Assembly (NCBI GenBank): GCA_046294345.1
Contig: JBKBJT010000015.1
Span: forward strand, 2,739 to 66,738
Length of the DNA: 64,000 nt
Reading direction: 5' to 3'
From: Ferrovibrio sp.
GTDB taxonomy: Bacteria > Pseudomonadota > Alphaproteobacteria > Ferrovibrionales > Ferrovibrionaceae
The notes under the pieces were generated by a model. That model did not search any database and was not told where the DNA came from. It saw nothing but the letters and a program-made list of their open reading frames with translations. How positions within the stretch are numbered: the first letter of the stretch is position 1; each line of letters begins with the position of its first letter. Positions 38,029-47,665 of this stretch are shown here, in pieces. The position numbers were made by a program, and so were the translations under genes.

Positions 38029-38880
38029 TCACTTCAATCGCCTTCTCACTAATCTCTTATTAGGCAGCAGGTCGGCGAATTTGGCCTCGCGCTTCTGCTG
38101 GTTGGCCTGCATCTGCTCCATCAGGTCGATACTGAGGAACATGCCGGCCTGCCAGACCTGCATGTAGTTCAGGGCATCGGCCGTATCGTGATCGCGGGTG
38201 TAGTTCAGCATTTCTTTGCTGCCATGCACGGCCAGCGGCGATTTCGCGGCAATCGTCTTGGCGATCTCCAGCACGGCCGCCAGCATTTCGTCCTGCGTCG
38301 CATAGCTGGCGTTCACCAGGCCGCAGCGGAACGCTTCGTCGGCGGCCATGCGGCGGCCGGTATAGGCGAGTTCACGCACCAACCCCGAAGGCATCAGGTG
38401 CGGCAGGCGCTGCAAAGTGCCGACATCGGCAGTCATGCCGATGTTGATCTCCTGGATGCAAAACCAGGCATCGTTCGTGCAATAGCGCATGTCGCAAGCC
38501 GAGATCAGGTCGACGCCACCGCCAATGCAGCCGCCCTGGATCGCCACCAGCACCGGCACGCGGCAGCGGTCGATCACGGCAAATGTTTCCTGCATCTCGG
38601 CCACCGTGCGGCGCATCTGCTCGCCGACCCGGCCGCGGTCGCCCTGCATCATCTCGCCGGCGATATTGGCGAAGGCGGAAAGATCCAGCCCGCCGGTGAA
38701 ATGCTTGCCCGTCGACGAGATCACCACGGCGCGCACCTCGGGCCGGTCCTCGATCTCGGCAAAGACATCGACCATTTCCTGCCAGAACGGCAGCACCATG
38801 GCATTGGCCTTGTCGGGCCGGTTGAAGACGATGCGGGCGACATGGCTGTCGACCGAAAAATCGAAGGTTGCGTAGGCCAT
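38029..38880 (-). CDS. crotonase-family enoyl-CoA hydratase / delta3,5-delta2,4-dienoyl-CoA isomerase-like
   Basis: NRPDKANAM, HFTGGLDL, GGCIGGGVDL, EINIGMTADVGTLQRL, KSPLAV. Confidence 0.9.
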   Translation of the reverse strand: MAYATFDFSVDSHVARIVFNRPDKANAMVLPFWQEMVDVFAEIEDRPEVRAVVISSTGKHFTGGLDLSAFANIAGEMMQGDRGRVGEQMRRTVAEMQETFAVIDRCRVPVLVAIQGGCIGGGVDLISACDMRYCTNDAWFCIQEINIGMTADVGTLQRLPHLMPSGLVRELAYTGRRMAADEAFRCGLVNASYATQDEMLAAVLEIAKTIAAKSPLAVHGSKEMLNYTRDHDTADALNYMQVWQAGMFLSIDLMEQMQANQQKREAKFADLLPNKRLVRRRLK

Positions 38881-38968
38881 CGTTCCTCCCAATCGCCCTG
38901 CCGTTACGGCAGGGCTGGTCTGCGCTCTGCGGCGCGGCTAGAGTCGGGAAAAGATTTACGGAGGAACC

Positions 38969-39835
38969 ATGCCGATTGTCTATGACGAACTGCTGCGCCT
39001 CGACATTCCCGAACGCGAATTCGCCTACAGCGAACGCGACACCATGCTCTACGCGCTCAGCGTCGGCATGGGGCATGACCCGATGGATGCCGACGAACTG
39101 CCCTTCGTGTTCGAAAAGGGCCTGCGCGCCCTGCCCAGCCTGGCCACGGTGATCGCCTGGGACGACAGCTGGACGCCGAAAACCGGCATCAACTACGTGA
39201 TGGTGGTGCATGGCGAGCAGCGCGTGACCGTGCACAAGCCGCTGCCGCCCAGTGGCCGGATCAAGGCCAAGGTGCGCATCAGGGACGTGTTCGACAAGGG
39301 TGCCGGCAAGGGTGCCGTCATGCTGGCAGAAAACACCCTGAGCGATGCGCAGAACGGCGAGAAGCTGGTCACGCTGCTGTCCACCGTGTTCGCGCGCGGC
39401 GATGGCGGCTTCGGCGGCCCGGCCCGTGCGCCGGGCGACGGCCCGCCGGCGCCGCATACGATTCCCGACCGCCAGCCCGATGCGGGAGTGACGGCAAAAA
39501 CCCAGCCGAACCAGGCGCTGTTCTATCGCTTATGCGGCGACCGCAATCCGCTGCATGCCGATCCGGCCTTTGCCAAGGCGGCCGGCTTTCCGCGCCCGAT
39601 CCTGCATGGCCTGTGCACCTATGGCCATGCCGTGCGCGCCGTGGTGAAAGCCGTCTGCGACCATGATCCGGCCAGGATCGCCCATATCGAGGCGCGTTTC
39701 ACCGCGCCGGTTTTCCCGGGCGAGACGATCCACACGGAAATCTGGCGCGACGGCAACATCGTGTCGTTCCGCGCCCGCCTGATGGAGCGCGACGTGGTGG
39801 TGCTGGATCACGGCAAGGTAGAATTGCGCGGCTAG
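38969..39835 (+). CDS. MaoC-type (R)-specific enoyl-CoA hydratase, double hot-dog (MFE-2 hydratase-like)
   Basis: MLYALSVG, VHGEQ, YRLCGDRNPLHADP, PILHGLCTYG, RFTAPVFPGE. Confidence 0.9.
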   Translation: MPIVYDELLRLDIPEREFAYSERDTMLYALSVGMGHDPMDADELPFVFEKGLRALPSLATVIAWDDSWTPKTGINYVMVVHGEQRVTVHKPLPPSGRIKAKVRIRDVFDKGAGKGAVMLAENTLSDAQNGEKLVTLLSTVFARGDGGFGGPARAPGDGPPAPHTIPDRQPDAGVTAKTQPNQALFYRLCGDRNPLHADPAFAKAAGFPRPILHGLCTYGHAVRAVVKAVCDHDPARIAHIEARFTAPVFPGETIHTEIWRDGNIVSFRARLMERDVVVLDHGKVELRG

Positions 39836-39836
39836 G

Positions 39837-41552
39837 TCAGCGGCGCTTCAGCCTGATTTCGGCCGGGTTCCGGTGCGGGCCCGGATCGTCATCGAGGCGC
39901 AGCGGCTCTAGCCTGGGATCGGGTTCCGGCCGGCCGAACAGATAGCCCTGGCCGTAATCGATGCCGAAATCGAGCAGCAGGCGCGCCTGGTCCTCGGTTT
40001 CGACCATTTCAGCCACCGTGCCGATGCCGAGTTCCTTGCACAGCCAGACCATGCCCTTGAGGATAGCGCGGTCGCGATCCTGCCCCTGGGTCTGCAGCGC
40101 CTTCACATAGGCGCCGTCGATCTTCACGTAATCGATCTCCAGTGCCTGCAGATAGGGGAACGAGGCGGCACCGGCGCCGAAATCGTCGAGACAGACGAAA
40201 TGGCCATCCTCGCGCAGCTGCCGCACGGCATTGGCGGCATGCACCATATTGGTGATCTGGGTCGATTCCGTGATCTCGAAGATCAGTTGCCGGCGCAGGC
40301 TGGGGTCGACGGCCAGGATTTCGCGCAACGCGGCCATGAAGACAGAGCTTTCCAGGCTGTGGCCGGAGAGATTGACCGCCACGTCGATGGTCTCGCCCTG
40401 GCGGCGTCGTTCGGCCAGCATGTCGACCACGCGCTGCACCACGGCCAGATCGAATTCGCCGATCATGTGCACGCCTTCGGCCAGGCGGATCGTCTCGAAG
40501 GGCGAACCGCCATCCTCGAAGCGAGACAATGCCTCATAGTGATGCAGGGTGCGGGTGTCGAGCCGCACGATGGGCTGGAAGACGAGCTGGAACTGCCGGC
40601 TGGACACCGCCGAGCGCAGGGCACGCACCCGCGACACCGTTTTCTGCAGTAGCGCTTTCAGGCTGTCTTCGGTGCTATGCAGGGTGGCGAAACTGGCGGC
40701 GCCTTCATTGGCGAAACGCTCGACGGCAAAGGCCATGGCACTGGCGGCATCCTCGTCGCTCATGCCTCTGGCCTGCAAGTCGAGCGTCGCGCTGCGGACG
40801 CCCAGCGCGTCGGACGCCTTGGCAGCCTCTGTATTGCTCTGCCTGATCAGGCTGCGCACCTGCTCGGCCACCATGTCCTGATCCAGCGGCGCGGCATGCA
40901 GGATGCCGTATTTCTCCGGGTCGATACGGCCGGCCGTATCGCCGCCGATGGATTTGGCGCGGATCAGCGCGCCGACATCCCCCATCAGCACCTGGCTGTC
41001 TTCCGGCGGCAGGTTTTCGACCAGTTCTTTCAGACCGACTATTTCCACCAGGGTGAGCTTGACCTCGGATCCCAGGTCGCGGGCCAGTTTCAAACGGTCG
41101 CCGGCGCGGGTTTCGAAATCCTCGGTTGTCAGCAGGCCGGTCTGGTAATCGCGCTTGTTCTGTAGCGCTGCCTCGGCCTGGGGCAACCGGGCATTCGACA
41201 GCGTCAGGTAATACCGTCCCTCCTGCCGCGGCAGGCAGCAGCCGCCCAGCACGCAAAGCGCGCCGGGCTTGCCTTCCAGGTTCAGCAGGTGGATCGTGAC
41301 CGGCTCGATCCGTGCACCGATGGTCAGCCCGGCCAACAGGTTGAGCACAAAATGGCGGTCGGCTTCCTCGATCAGGGTGGCGAAATTCTGCCCCACCAGG
41401 GTGGCGCTGTCGCAACCGGCGATCAGCCGCGCCGCGCCGGTGGCAAAGATGATCTGGCCGTCGGCGGCCACCTCTAGCATCAGGTCGGCAGCGGAGAAGG
41501 CGAAAGCGACAAACCGGTCGCGTTCCGCCCGCATATCCTTGGCGCCGCCCAT
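39837..41552 (-). CDS. PAS / degenerate-GGDEF / EAL domain c-di-GMP phosphodiesterase
   Basis: FQPIV..YEALSRF, VNLS, FEITES, LDDFGAG, VKIDG, AEMVE, GQGY; the GGDEF position reads GRIDPEKY. Confidence 0.85.
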   Translation of the reverse strand: MGGAKDMRAERDRFVAFAFSAADLMLEVAADGQIIFATGAARLIAGCDSATLVGQNFATLIEEADRHFVLNLLAGLTIGARIEPVTIHLLNLEGKPGALCVLGGCCLPRQEGRYYLTLSNARLPQAEAALQNKRDYQTGLLTTEDFETRAGDRLKLARDLGSEVKLTLVEIVGLKELVENLPPEDSQVLMGDVGALIRAKSIGGDTAGRIDPEKYGILHAAPLDQDMVAEQVRSLIRQSNTEAAKASDALGVRSATLDLQARGMSDEDAASAMAFAVERFANEGAASFATLHSTEDSLKALLQKTVSRVRALRSAVSSRQFQLVFQPIVRLDTRTLHHYEALSRFEDGGSPFETIRLAEGVHMIGEFDLAVVQRVVDMLAERRRQGETIDVAVNLSGHSLESSVFMAALREILAVDPSLRRQLIFEITESTQITNMVHAANAVRQLREDGHFVCLDDFGAGAASFPYLQALEIDYVKIDGAYVKALQTQGQDRDRAILKGMVWLCKELGIGTVAEMVETEDQARLLLDFGIDYGQGYLFGRPEPDPRLEPLRLDDDPGPHRNPAEIRLKRR

Positions 41553-41754
41553 TCTGGCCTCATCGGGGATTGGAAACTTTGTTATCAAGTGTGCCAGCCG
41601 CCGCGCCCGGACGCAACCCGGCGGGTGCCGCCCGACCCTCCCGGATGAACCCAATTCGCTTGACGCAGCGCCACGTTGCGCCGGAGCCGGCCGGTTCCTA
41701 GAATGGGTCCGTCTCCGGCCCGCAATGGTCGGCCCGAAGTCTAGGGGGAGCATA

Positions 41755-43452
41755 ATGAGCGCACCGTTCTGGGAAAAATCCTATCCGGCCGGGGTAACCT
41801 GGGCACAGAATTTCCAGGCCAGGCCGATCTGGACCCTGCTGGACGACGCCGTCGCGCGCTTCGCGCCGCGGCCCTGCCTGGATTTCATGGGCAAGGGGTA
41901 CACCTACGCCGCCGTCTCCGACCTGGTCGACCGCGCCGCCAAGGGCTTCCAGCAGCTCGGCGTCGGCCCGGGTGTGCATGTCGGCCTGTTCCTGCCCAAT
42001 ACGCCGCATTACGTGATCTGCTTCTTCGCCATCCTGAAGGCCGGTGGCCGGGTGGTGAATTACAGCCCGCTCGATGCCGAGCGCGAACTGCGCTACAAGA
42101 TCGAGGATAGCCAGACTGACATCATCGTGACGCTGGACCTCAAGGCGCTGTATCCCAACATCGCCAAGATGATCGGCACCACGCGGCTGAAGAAGGTGGT
42201 GGTCTGCCGCCTGCCCGATGTGCTGCCCTTCCCCAAGAACCTGCTGTTCCCGCTGGCCAAGGGCAAGGAAATCGCCGCCGTTCCGAAGGACGACAAGCAT
42301 ATCCGCTTCGCTGACCTGATCGCCAATGACGGCCGCTACACCCCGCATCCGGTGAAGGACCCGGCCGAGGAGGTGGCGATCCTGCAATATACCGGCGGCA
42401 CCACCGGCCAGCCCAAGGGCGCCATGCTCACCCATGGCAACATCACGGCCACCGTGCACATGTACGCCAGCTGGACCGGCAACCTGAACCTGCTGGATGA
42501 CGGCAAGGAACGCGTGCTGATGGTCCTGCCGATGTTCCACATCTATGGCCTGAGCGCGGTGCTGCTGCGCATGCTGACCATCGGTGCGGAATTCATCATG
42601 CATCCGCGCTTTGACCTGAAGGCGGTGATCGAGGATCTGCACAAGAAGAAGATCTCGATCTTCCCCGGTGTGCCCACGATGTATGCCGCCATCGTCAACC
42701 TGGCGAACCTGAAGGATTACGACCTTTCGGGGCTGAAATTCTGCGCGTCCGGCGGCGCCCCGCTGCCGGTCGAGGTGCAGGACAGGTTCGAGAATGCCAC
42801 CGGCTGCAAGATGATCGAGGGCTGGGGCATGACGGAGACCTCGCCGGCCGGCACCCAGACGGTCTATGGCGGCGTGCGCAAACGCGGGTCCTGCGGCCTG
42901 CCGCTGCCGGGCGTCACCATCGAGATCGTCGATGTCGACGATCCGCTGAAGGTGCTGGGCGTGAAGGAAACCGGCGAGATCTGCATCACCGGCCCGAACG
43001 TGATGAAGGGCTACTGGAACAAGCCCGAGGCGACGGCGGAAGCCTTCGCCGGCGGCCGCTTCCACACCGGCGACGTGGGCTATATCGACGAGGATGGCTA
43101 TATCTTCATCGTCGACCGCAAGAAGGACATGATCCTGTCGGGCGGCTTCAACGTCTATCCGCGCAACATCGAGGAAGCGATCTACGAGCATCCCGCCGTC
43201 GAGGAATGCACAGTGATCGGCATCCCCGACCAGTATCGCGGCCAGTCGGCCAAGGCCTTCATCAAGCTGAAGGCCGGCGCGAAACCCTTCACCTTCGAAG
43301 AACTGCGCGACTTCCTGAAGGACAAGCTGGGCAAGCACGAGATGCCCGTAGCGATGGATATCCGCGACGCTCTGCCCAAGACCCTGATCGGCAAGCTTTC
43401 GAAAAAGGAGCTGGTCGAGGAAGAGAAGAAGAAGGCCGGCGGCGGCGAATAA
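41755..43452 (+). CDS. long-chain fatty acid / dicarboxylate--CoA ligase (FadD/PimA-like)
   Basis: LQYTGGTTGQPKGAMLTH, EGWGMTETSP, FHTGDVG, DRKKDMILSGGFNVYP, LPKTLIGKL. Confidence 0.92.
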   Translation: MSAPFWEKSYPAGVTWAQNFQARPIWTLLDDAVARFAPRPCLDFMGKGYTYAAVSDLVDRAAKGFQQLGVGPGVHVGLFLPNTPHYVICFFAILKAGGRVVNYSPLDAERELRYKIEDSQTDIIVTLDLKALYPNIAKMIGTTRLKKVVVCRLPDVLPFPKNLLFPLAKGKEIAAVPKDDKHIRFADLIANDGRYTPHPVKDPAEEVAILQYTGGTTGQPKGAMLTHGNITATVHMYASWTGNLNLLDDGKERVLMVLPMFHIYGLSAVLLRMLTIGAEFIMHPRFDLKAVIEDLHKKKISIFPGVPTMYAAIVNLANLKDYDLSGLKFCASGGAPLPVEVQDRFENATGCKMIEGWGMTETSPAGTQTVYGGVRKRGSCGLPLPGVTIEIVDVDDPLKVLGVKETGEICITGPNVMKGYWNKPEATAEAFAGGRFHTGDVGYIDEDGYIFIVDRKKDMILSGGFNVYPRNIEEAIYEHPAVEECTVIGIPDQYRGQSAKAFIKLKAGAKPFTFEELRDFLKDKLGKHEMPVAMDIRDALPKTLIGKLSKKELVEEEKKKAGGGE

Positions 43453-43469
43453 GCCCAGGCCACAACAAC

Positions 43470-43500
43470 AAAAAGCCCCGGTGCGAGCCGGGGCTTTTTT
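43470..43500. terminator. bidirectional rho-independent terminator
   Basis: AAAAAGCCCCGG-tgcgag-CCGGGGCTTTTT between convergent genes. Confidence 0.88.
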
Positions 43501-43521
43501 ATTGGCGCCAGGCCAGCGCGG

Positions 43522-44463
43522 CTATTCGGCCGCCTGGGCCTTGGCTTGGCCCGAATCCCAGTCTTTCAGAGCCTGCGCTACCGGCTTCACCCTGGCGCGC
43601 TGCTCAGGCCCCAGCACGCTCATCAGCGGCAGCATCGGCCCCATATCGGCAATGCCGGCCAGCGTGACCGCGTCATGCAGGGTGCGGATCGGGCTGATGC
43701 CGTCGCGCAGATCTTCCAGCGGCAGATAGGCCTCGCGCAACCGCTCGGCCTCGGCCATATCGCCCCGGCGCAGGGCGGCCAGCATCGCCATCGAGCCGCG
43801 CGGTGCCACGCAGACCGAGCCGGAGGTGAAGCTGCGCAGGCCGAATTTCTGGAAATGCACGATCGCCGGCCGCTCGCCGATGCCGCTGATCACCAGCGCC
43901 GGATCAACATGGTCGAGCAGGCGCTTCAAATACTCGTCCTGTGCCGGATCGGCTCGCACGGTGCCGTATTTCACGGCGCAGACAAGGCCCTCGCGCATCA
44001 GCCGGCCGGCCGATTCCGGGGCGATGTAGTTCTCGGCCTTGATATAGAGGATCACCGGCTTGCCCATAGTGACTGCGGCGCGCCGCAGGCCGACTTCCAC
44101 GCCCTCGGGGGTGGCCGGGAAGGTCTGCGGCAGGGCCATGGCGGCGGGCACCTTGGAACCGCGCAGGATCTTGGCCTGGTCGATCAGCTTGCCGTAATCG
44201 GGACCGAAGGATGGGATCAGCCAGGTATCGGGCCCGACCGCGTCGATCAGGAAATCCAGGATCTCGGCATATTCGCCGACCGAGACGTTGTAGAAGTTGG
44301 CGTTGCCGCCATACATCAGGCTACGCACCCCGCCGGCCTCGAGATAGCCGATCAGTTGCCGATTCGCCTCCTCGTTCAGGGTCAGGTCGGAGTAACGGGC
44401 CAGTGGCGGCACCGCCAGAACGGAGGCAGACAGGTCGGCGGCGGTCACGGGCGTTGTTTTCAT
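43522..44463 (-). CDS. dihydrodipicolinate synthase family protein (KdgD-like lyase)
   Basis: YGGNANFY, ILYIK, CAVKYG (Schiff-base Lys), SGIGERP, FTSGS. Confidence 0.75.
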   Translation of the reverse strand: MKTTPVTAADLSASVLAVPPLARYSDLTLNEEANRQLIGYLEAGGVRSLMYGGNANFYNVSVGEYAEILDFLIDAVGPDTWLIPSFGPDYGKLIDQAKILRGSKVPAAMALPQTFPATPEGVEVGLRRAAVTMGKPVILYIKAENYIAPESAGRLMREGLVCAVKYGTVRADPAQDEYLKRLLDHVDPALVISGIGERPAIVHFQKFGLRSFTSGSVCVAPRGSMAMLAALRRGDMAEAERLREAYLPLEDLRDGISPIRTLHDAVTLAGIADMGPMLPLMSVLGPEQRARVKPVAQALKDWDSGQAKAQAAE

Positions 44464-44536
44464 TATGTTTGCTCCAGCGGGGCGTTCCTCTTAATGTGGG
44501 AGAGTAATCCGTCCTCAGCCCCTGCTGCAAAGCGAA

Positions 44537-46657
44537 ATGTCACTCCCAAACCCCGATGAAATAGCGGCAAAGGCACATCTGCTGCCCATGCTGCGGGCGG
44601 CGATCCGCGCAATCGAAACGGAGCGGTTCGACCAGGCCGAGGGCTTTCTGGACAGCATCCTCAAGCAGGAGCCCGACTTCGCCGACGCCCTGCATCTGAA
44701 GGGATACATCGCCTTCCAGCGCGGCGCGCTGGATACGGCGCGCCGGCTGGTCGAGCAGGCCATCGCCAAGGATTTCCATTTCGAGGATTATCACGTCACC
44801 CTGGGGCATATCCTGCTGGCCCTCGGCGACCGCGAAGGCGCCAAGAACAGCTTCGGCGCGGCCATCGCGCTCAATCCGAAATACAACGAGGCCTATATCG
44901 GCCTGGCCCATATCTTTCTGGCCGAAGACAGCGTGGACTCCGCGATCGGCGCGCTGGCCACTGCCCGGAGTTCCAGTGCCAAACATCCCGAAACCAACTA
45001 CATGCTGGGCTATGCCCTGATGATCAAGGGCGATGCCAAGCAGGCCATCCGCTTTTTCGGCTTAGCCCACAAGCTGGCGCCAGACATAGTGCGCTACAAG
45101 GTCGGCCTGGCCCGCTCGCTGCGCGATGTACGGCTGAAGCAGCCCAATCCGGAACTGGTGGCCAGCGTGCTGCCCCTGCTGGGCGAGCCGGGCATCGAAC
45201 CGCGCGACCTGGCGCCACTGATCGAAAGCGCGATCTGCCTGGACCCGGTTTTCCTCGCGCTGAACCCGATTGACGCCATGCCGGGCGAAGCAATCGCCAC
45301 CGCCCTGGCCCAGCCTGCCTGTCCCGACATCCTGCGGATTACCGCGCTGCCTGCCTGGCTGAAATACGGCCTCGTCAGCCACCCCAAGCTGGAACGACGG
45401 CTCACGGCGTTGCGGCGCGGCCTGCTGGCCATGGCCTTCCACTCCCCCGAGGCATTGCCGCGATACGAATCCCTACTCTGCCTGATGGCGATCCGCGGCT
45501 TCCAGGCGGAATACATCGACCGGATTTCTAAAGACGAAACCGCCGCGCTGACTGAACTGGCGGCAAGGCTGGAAGCGCAGTCGCCCGCCGATAGCCCGAC
45601 CCTGTTCGCGGTATATGCGTGCTACCGGCCGCTTTACCAGCGCCACGATGTCGAGCGCCTGGCTTCTGCCTCATGGCCGGGCGCCTATGCCGACCTGAAA
45701 CGCATCCAGATCGACGAACCGCTGGCCGAACGGCGCATCACCGCCACCATCCCGGCCTTGACGCCGATCGAGGATCAGACCAGCCAGGCCGTGCGGGAGA
45801 TGTATGAGGAAAGCCCCTTCCCGCGCTGGCATCAGCCGATCCTGGGCACGCCGCAGACGGTGAGCGGCCGGCTGCGGACCGCCCTGCCGCTGCAGCAGAT
45901 ACCGGCGGAGGAGCATCTCAATCCCGATATCCTCGTGGCCGGCTGCGGGACGGGCCTGCATGCCATCCTGGCCGCGACCAGCTATGCCTTCTCGAAGATC
46001 CTCGCCATCGACTTGAGTCGCACCAGCCTGTCCTATGCCATCCGCAAGGCGACCGAGATCGGCATCGGCAACGTGGAATTCGCCCAGGCGGATATCCTGA
46101 AGCTCGGCAGCATCCCGCGCCGCTTCGACGTGATCGAAAGCTTCGGCGTGCTGCATCACCTGCGCGACCCGGCCGCCGGGCTGGCGCAACTGGTTGCCCT
46201 GCTGAAACCCGGCGGTTACATGATGCTGGGCCTTTACAGCGAGATCGGCCGCCGCGACGTGGTGAAGGCGCGCGAACTGATCGCCCGGCTTGGCCTGGAC
46301 GACAGCCCGGAAGAAGTGCGGGAATTCCGCCGCATCCTACCCAAGCAGGATCCTGAACTAGCCGCGAGACTGAGCGCCTCCAGCGCCTATTACGCGCTCA
46401 GCGACCTGCGCGACCTGGTGTTCCACCGCCAGGAGCATCGTTACACGCCGCAGCAATTGCGCCAGCTCATCAATGGTGCCGGACTGGAATTCCTCGGCTT
46501 CGAGTTTTCCGCGCCGAAAGCCCTGTCGGGATATCGCGCGCGCTTCCCCGACGACCCCACGGCCACGAACCTCGATTACTGGGCCGAGGTGGAACGTGAA
46601 AATCCCGACCTGTTCGCCAATTGCTACCGCTTCTGGGTCCGCCGCAAGACAGATTGA
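44537..46657 (+). CDS. TPR-repeat class I SAM-dependent methyltransferase
   Basis: About 5 N-terminal TPRs; VREMYEESPFPRW, ILVAGCGTG, IDLS..SL, FDVIESFGVLHHL, RDLVFHRQEH. Confidence 0.85.
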   Translation: MSLPNPDEIAAKAHLLPMLRAAIRAIETERFDQAEGFLDSILKQEPDFADALHLKGYIAFQRGALDTARRLVEQAIAKDFHFEDYHVTLGHILLALGDREGAKNSFGAAIALNPKYNEAYIGLAHIFLAEDSVDSAIGALATARSSSAKHPETNYMLGYALMIKGDAKQAIRFFGLAHKLAPDIVRYKVGLARSLRDVRLKQPNPELVASVLPLLGEPGIEPRDLAPLIESAICLDPVFLALNPIDAMPGEAIATALAQPACPDILRITALPAWLKYGLVSHPKLERRLTALRRGLLAMAFHSPEALPRYESLLCLMAIRGFQAEYIDRISKDETAALTELAARLEAQSPADSPTLFAVYACYRPLYQRHDVERLASASWPGAYADLKRIQIDEPLAERRITATIPALTPIEDQTSQAVREMYEESPFPRWHQPILGTPQTVSGRLRTALPLQQIPAEEHLNPDILVAGCGTGLHAILAATSYAFSKILAIDLSRTSLSYAIRKATEIGIGNVEFAQADILKLGSIPRRFDVIESFGVLHHLRDPAAGLAQLVALLKPGGYMMLGLYSEIGRRDVVKARELIARLGLDDSPEEVREFRRILPKQDPELAARLSASSAYYALSDLRDLVFHRQEHRYTPQQLRQLINGAGLEFLGFEFSAPKALSGYRARFPDDPTATNLDYWAEVERENPDLFANCYRFWVRRKTD

Positions 46658-47443
46658 TCAGACGCGCCCCAGATGGCTTCGGAAGCGCCGCGCCAGATCG
46701 CGGGTCGCCTTGGCCAGTAGCCCCTGGTCGACACCGACAGCGACAAACATGAAGCCGGCATCCAGGTAACGCCGCGCGTCATCCTCGTTCGGCGCCAGAA
46801 TGCCGCAGGGTTTCCCGGCCGCCTGGCAGAGCTGCAGCCCTCGCATGATGGCGGCCTGCGCATCGGGATGGGCACTGTTGCCCAGATGGCCCAGATCGGC
46901 TGACAAGTCGGCCGGGCCGATGAAGATGCCATCCACGCCATCGACCTTGGCAATCTCGGGGATGCGGTTCAGCGCGGCACCTGTTTCCACCTGCACGATC
47001 ACGCCGATCTCGCTGTCGGCGTGGGCATGATAATCCTGCACCAGGCCGTAACGATTGGCGCGCTGCGAGCCGGATACGCCGCGGATGCCGCGCGGCGGAT
47101 ATCGCGTGGCCGCCACCGCGCGGCGGGCCTCCTCTGCATCCTGCACGAAGGGCAGGATCAGGTTGGGCGAGCCGATATCGAGAAACCGCTTGATCAGCAC
47201 GGCATCGTTCCAGGCCGGACGAACCACGGGGCTGGCGGTGTTGGCATCGATCTGCATGGCCTGCAACTGCTGCAGGATCATTGGCACTTCATTCGGGGAA
47301 TGTTCGGTATCCAGAACCACCCAGTCGAAACCGGCGGTGGCAACGATCTCGGCCACGATGTTGCTGCACAGGGATGCCCATAATCCGATCTGCGGGCGGC
47401 CTTCTTTCAATGCATGTTTGAAGGCATTGACGGGCAATTTCAT
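46658..47443 (-). CDS. HpcH/HpaI aldolase family protein
   Basis: FDWVVLDTEHSP, VVRPAWND, RYPPRGIRG, VQVET, FIGPADLS. Confidence 0.9.
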   Translation of the reverse strand: MKLPVNAFKHALKEGRPQIGLWASLCSNIVAEIVATAGFDWVVLDTEHSPNEVPMILQQLQAMQIDANTASPVVRPAWNDAVLIKRFLDIGSPNLILPFVQDAEEARRAVAATRYPPRGIRGVSGSQRANRYGLVQDYHAHADSEIGVIVQVETGAALNRIPEIAKVDGVDGIFIGPADLSADLGHLGNSAHPDAQAAIMRGLQLCQAAGKPCGILAPNEDDARRYLDAGFMFVAVGVDQGLLAKATRDLARRFRSHLGRV

Positions 47444-47665
47444 GGCAACGATACCTTTCGGGATTCTGCCGGTGCAGCAAGACCGGCGGTGCGGGATCAC
47501 AGTCCTGTCTTACGGCCTGTTTTATGGAACTCATTGGACGGACTGCTATACATCAGCCAATAAATTATGGCGACGCAAGCAGAATATGACTGCCTTCCCG
47601 GCCTTTGATTTGATAAAAAAGACGCAAGGCAACCCACCGTCGGCGCGCTGATCAGAGGAGGCACC

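Noticed and set aside
37243-38063. IS or prophage remnant as the explanation for the AT-rich segment
   Set aside because: No transposase or integrase motifs, terminal inverted repeats or flanking direct repeats were found, so it is reported as an orphan insert instead.
47571-47630. GACGCAAG repeated twice upstream of cheW, reminiscent of part of a c-di-GMP-I riboswitch
   Set aside because: I could not build the GGCAAAC/GNRA P2 stem or the P1/P3 pairing; an Rfam covariance search would be needed and a match looks unlikely.
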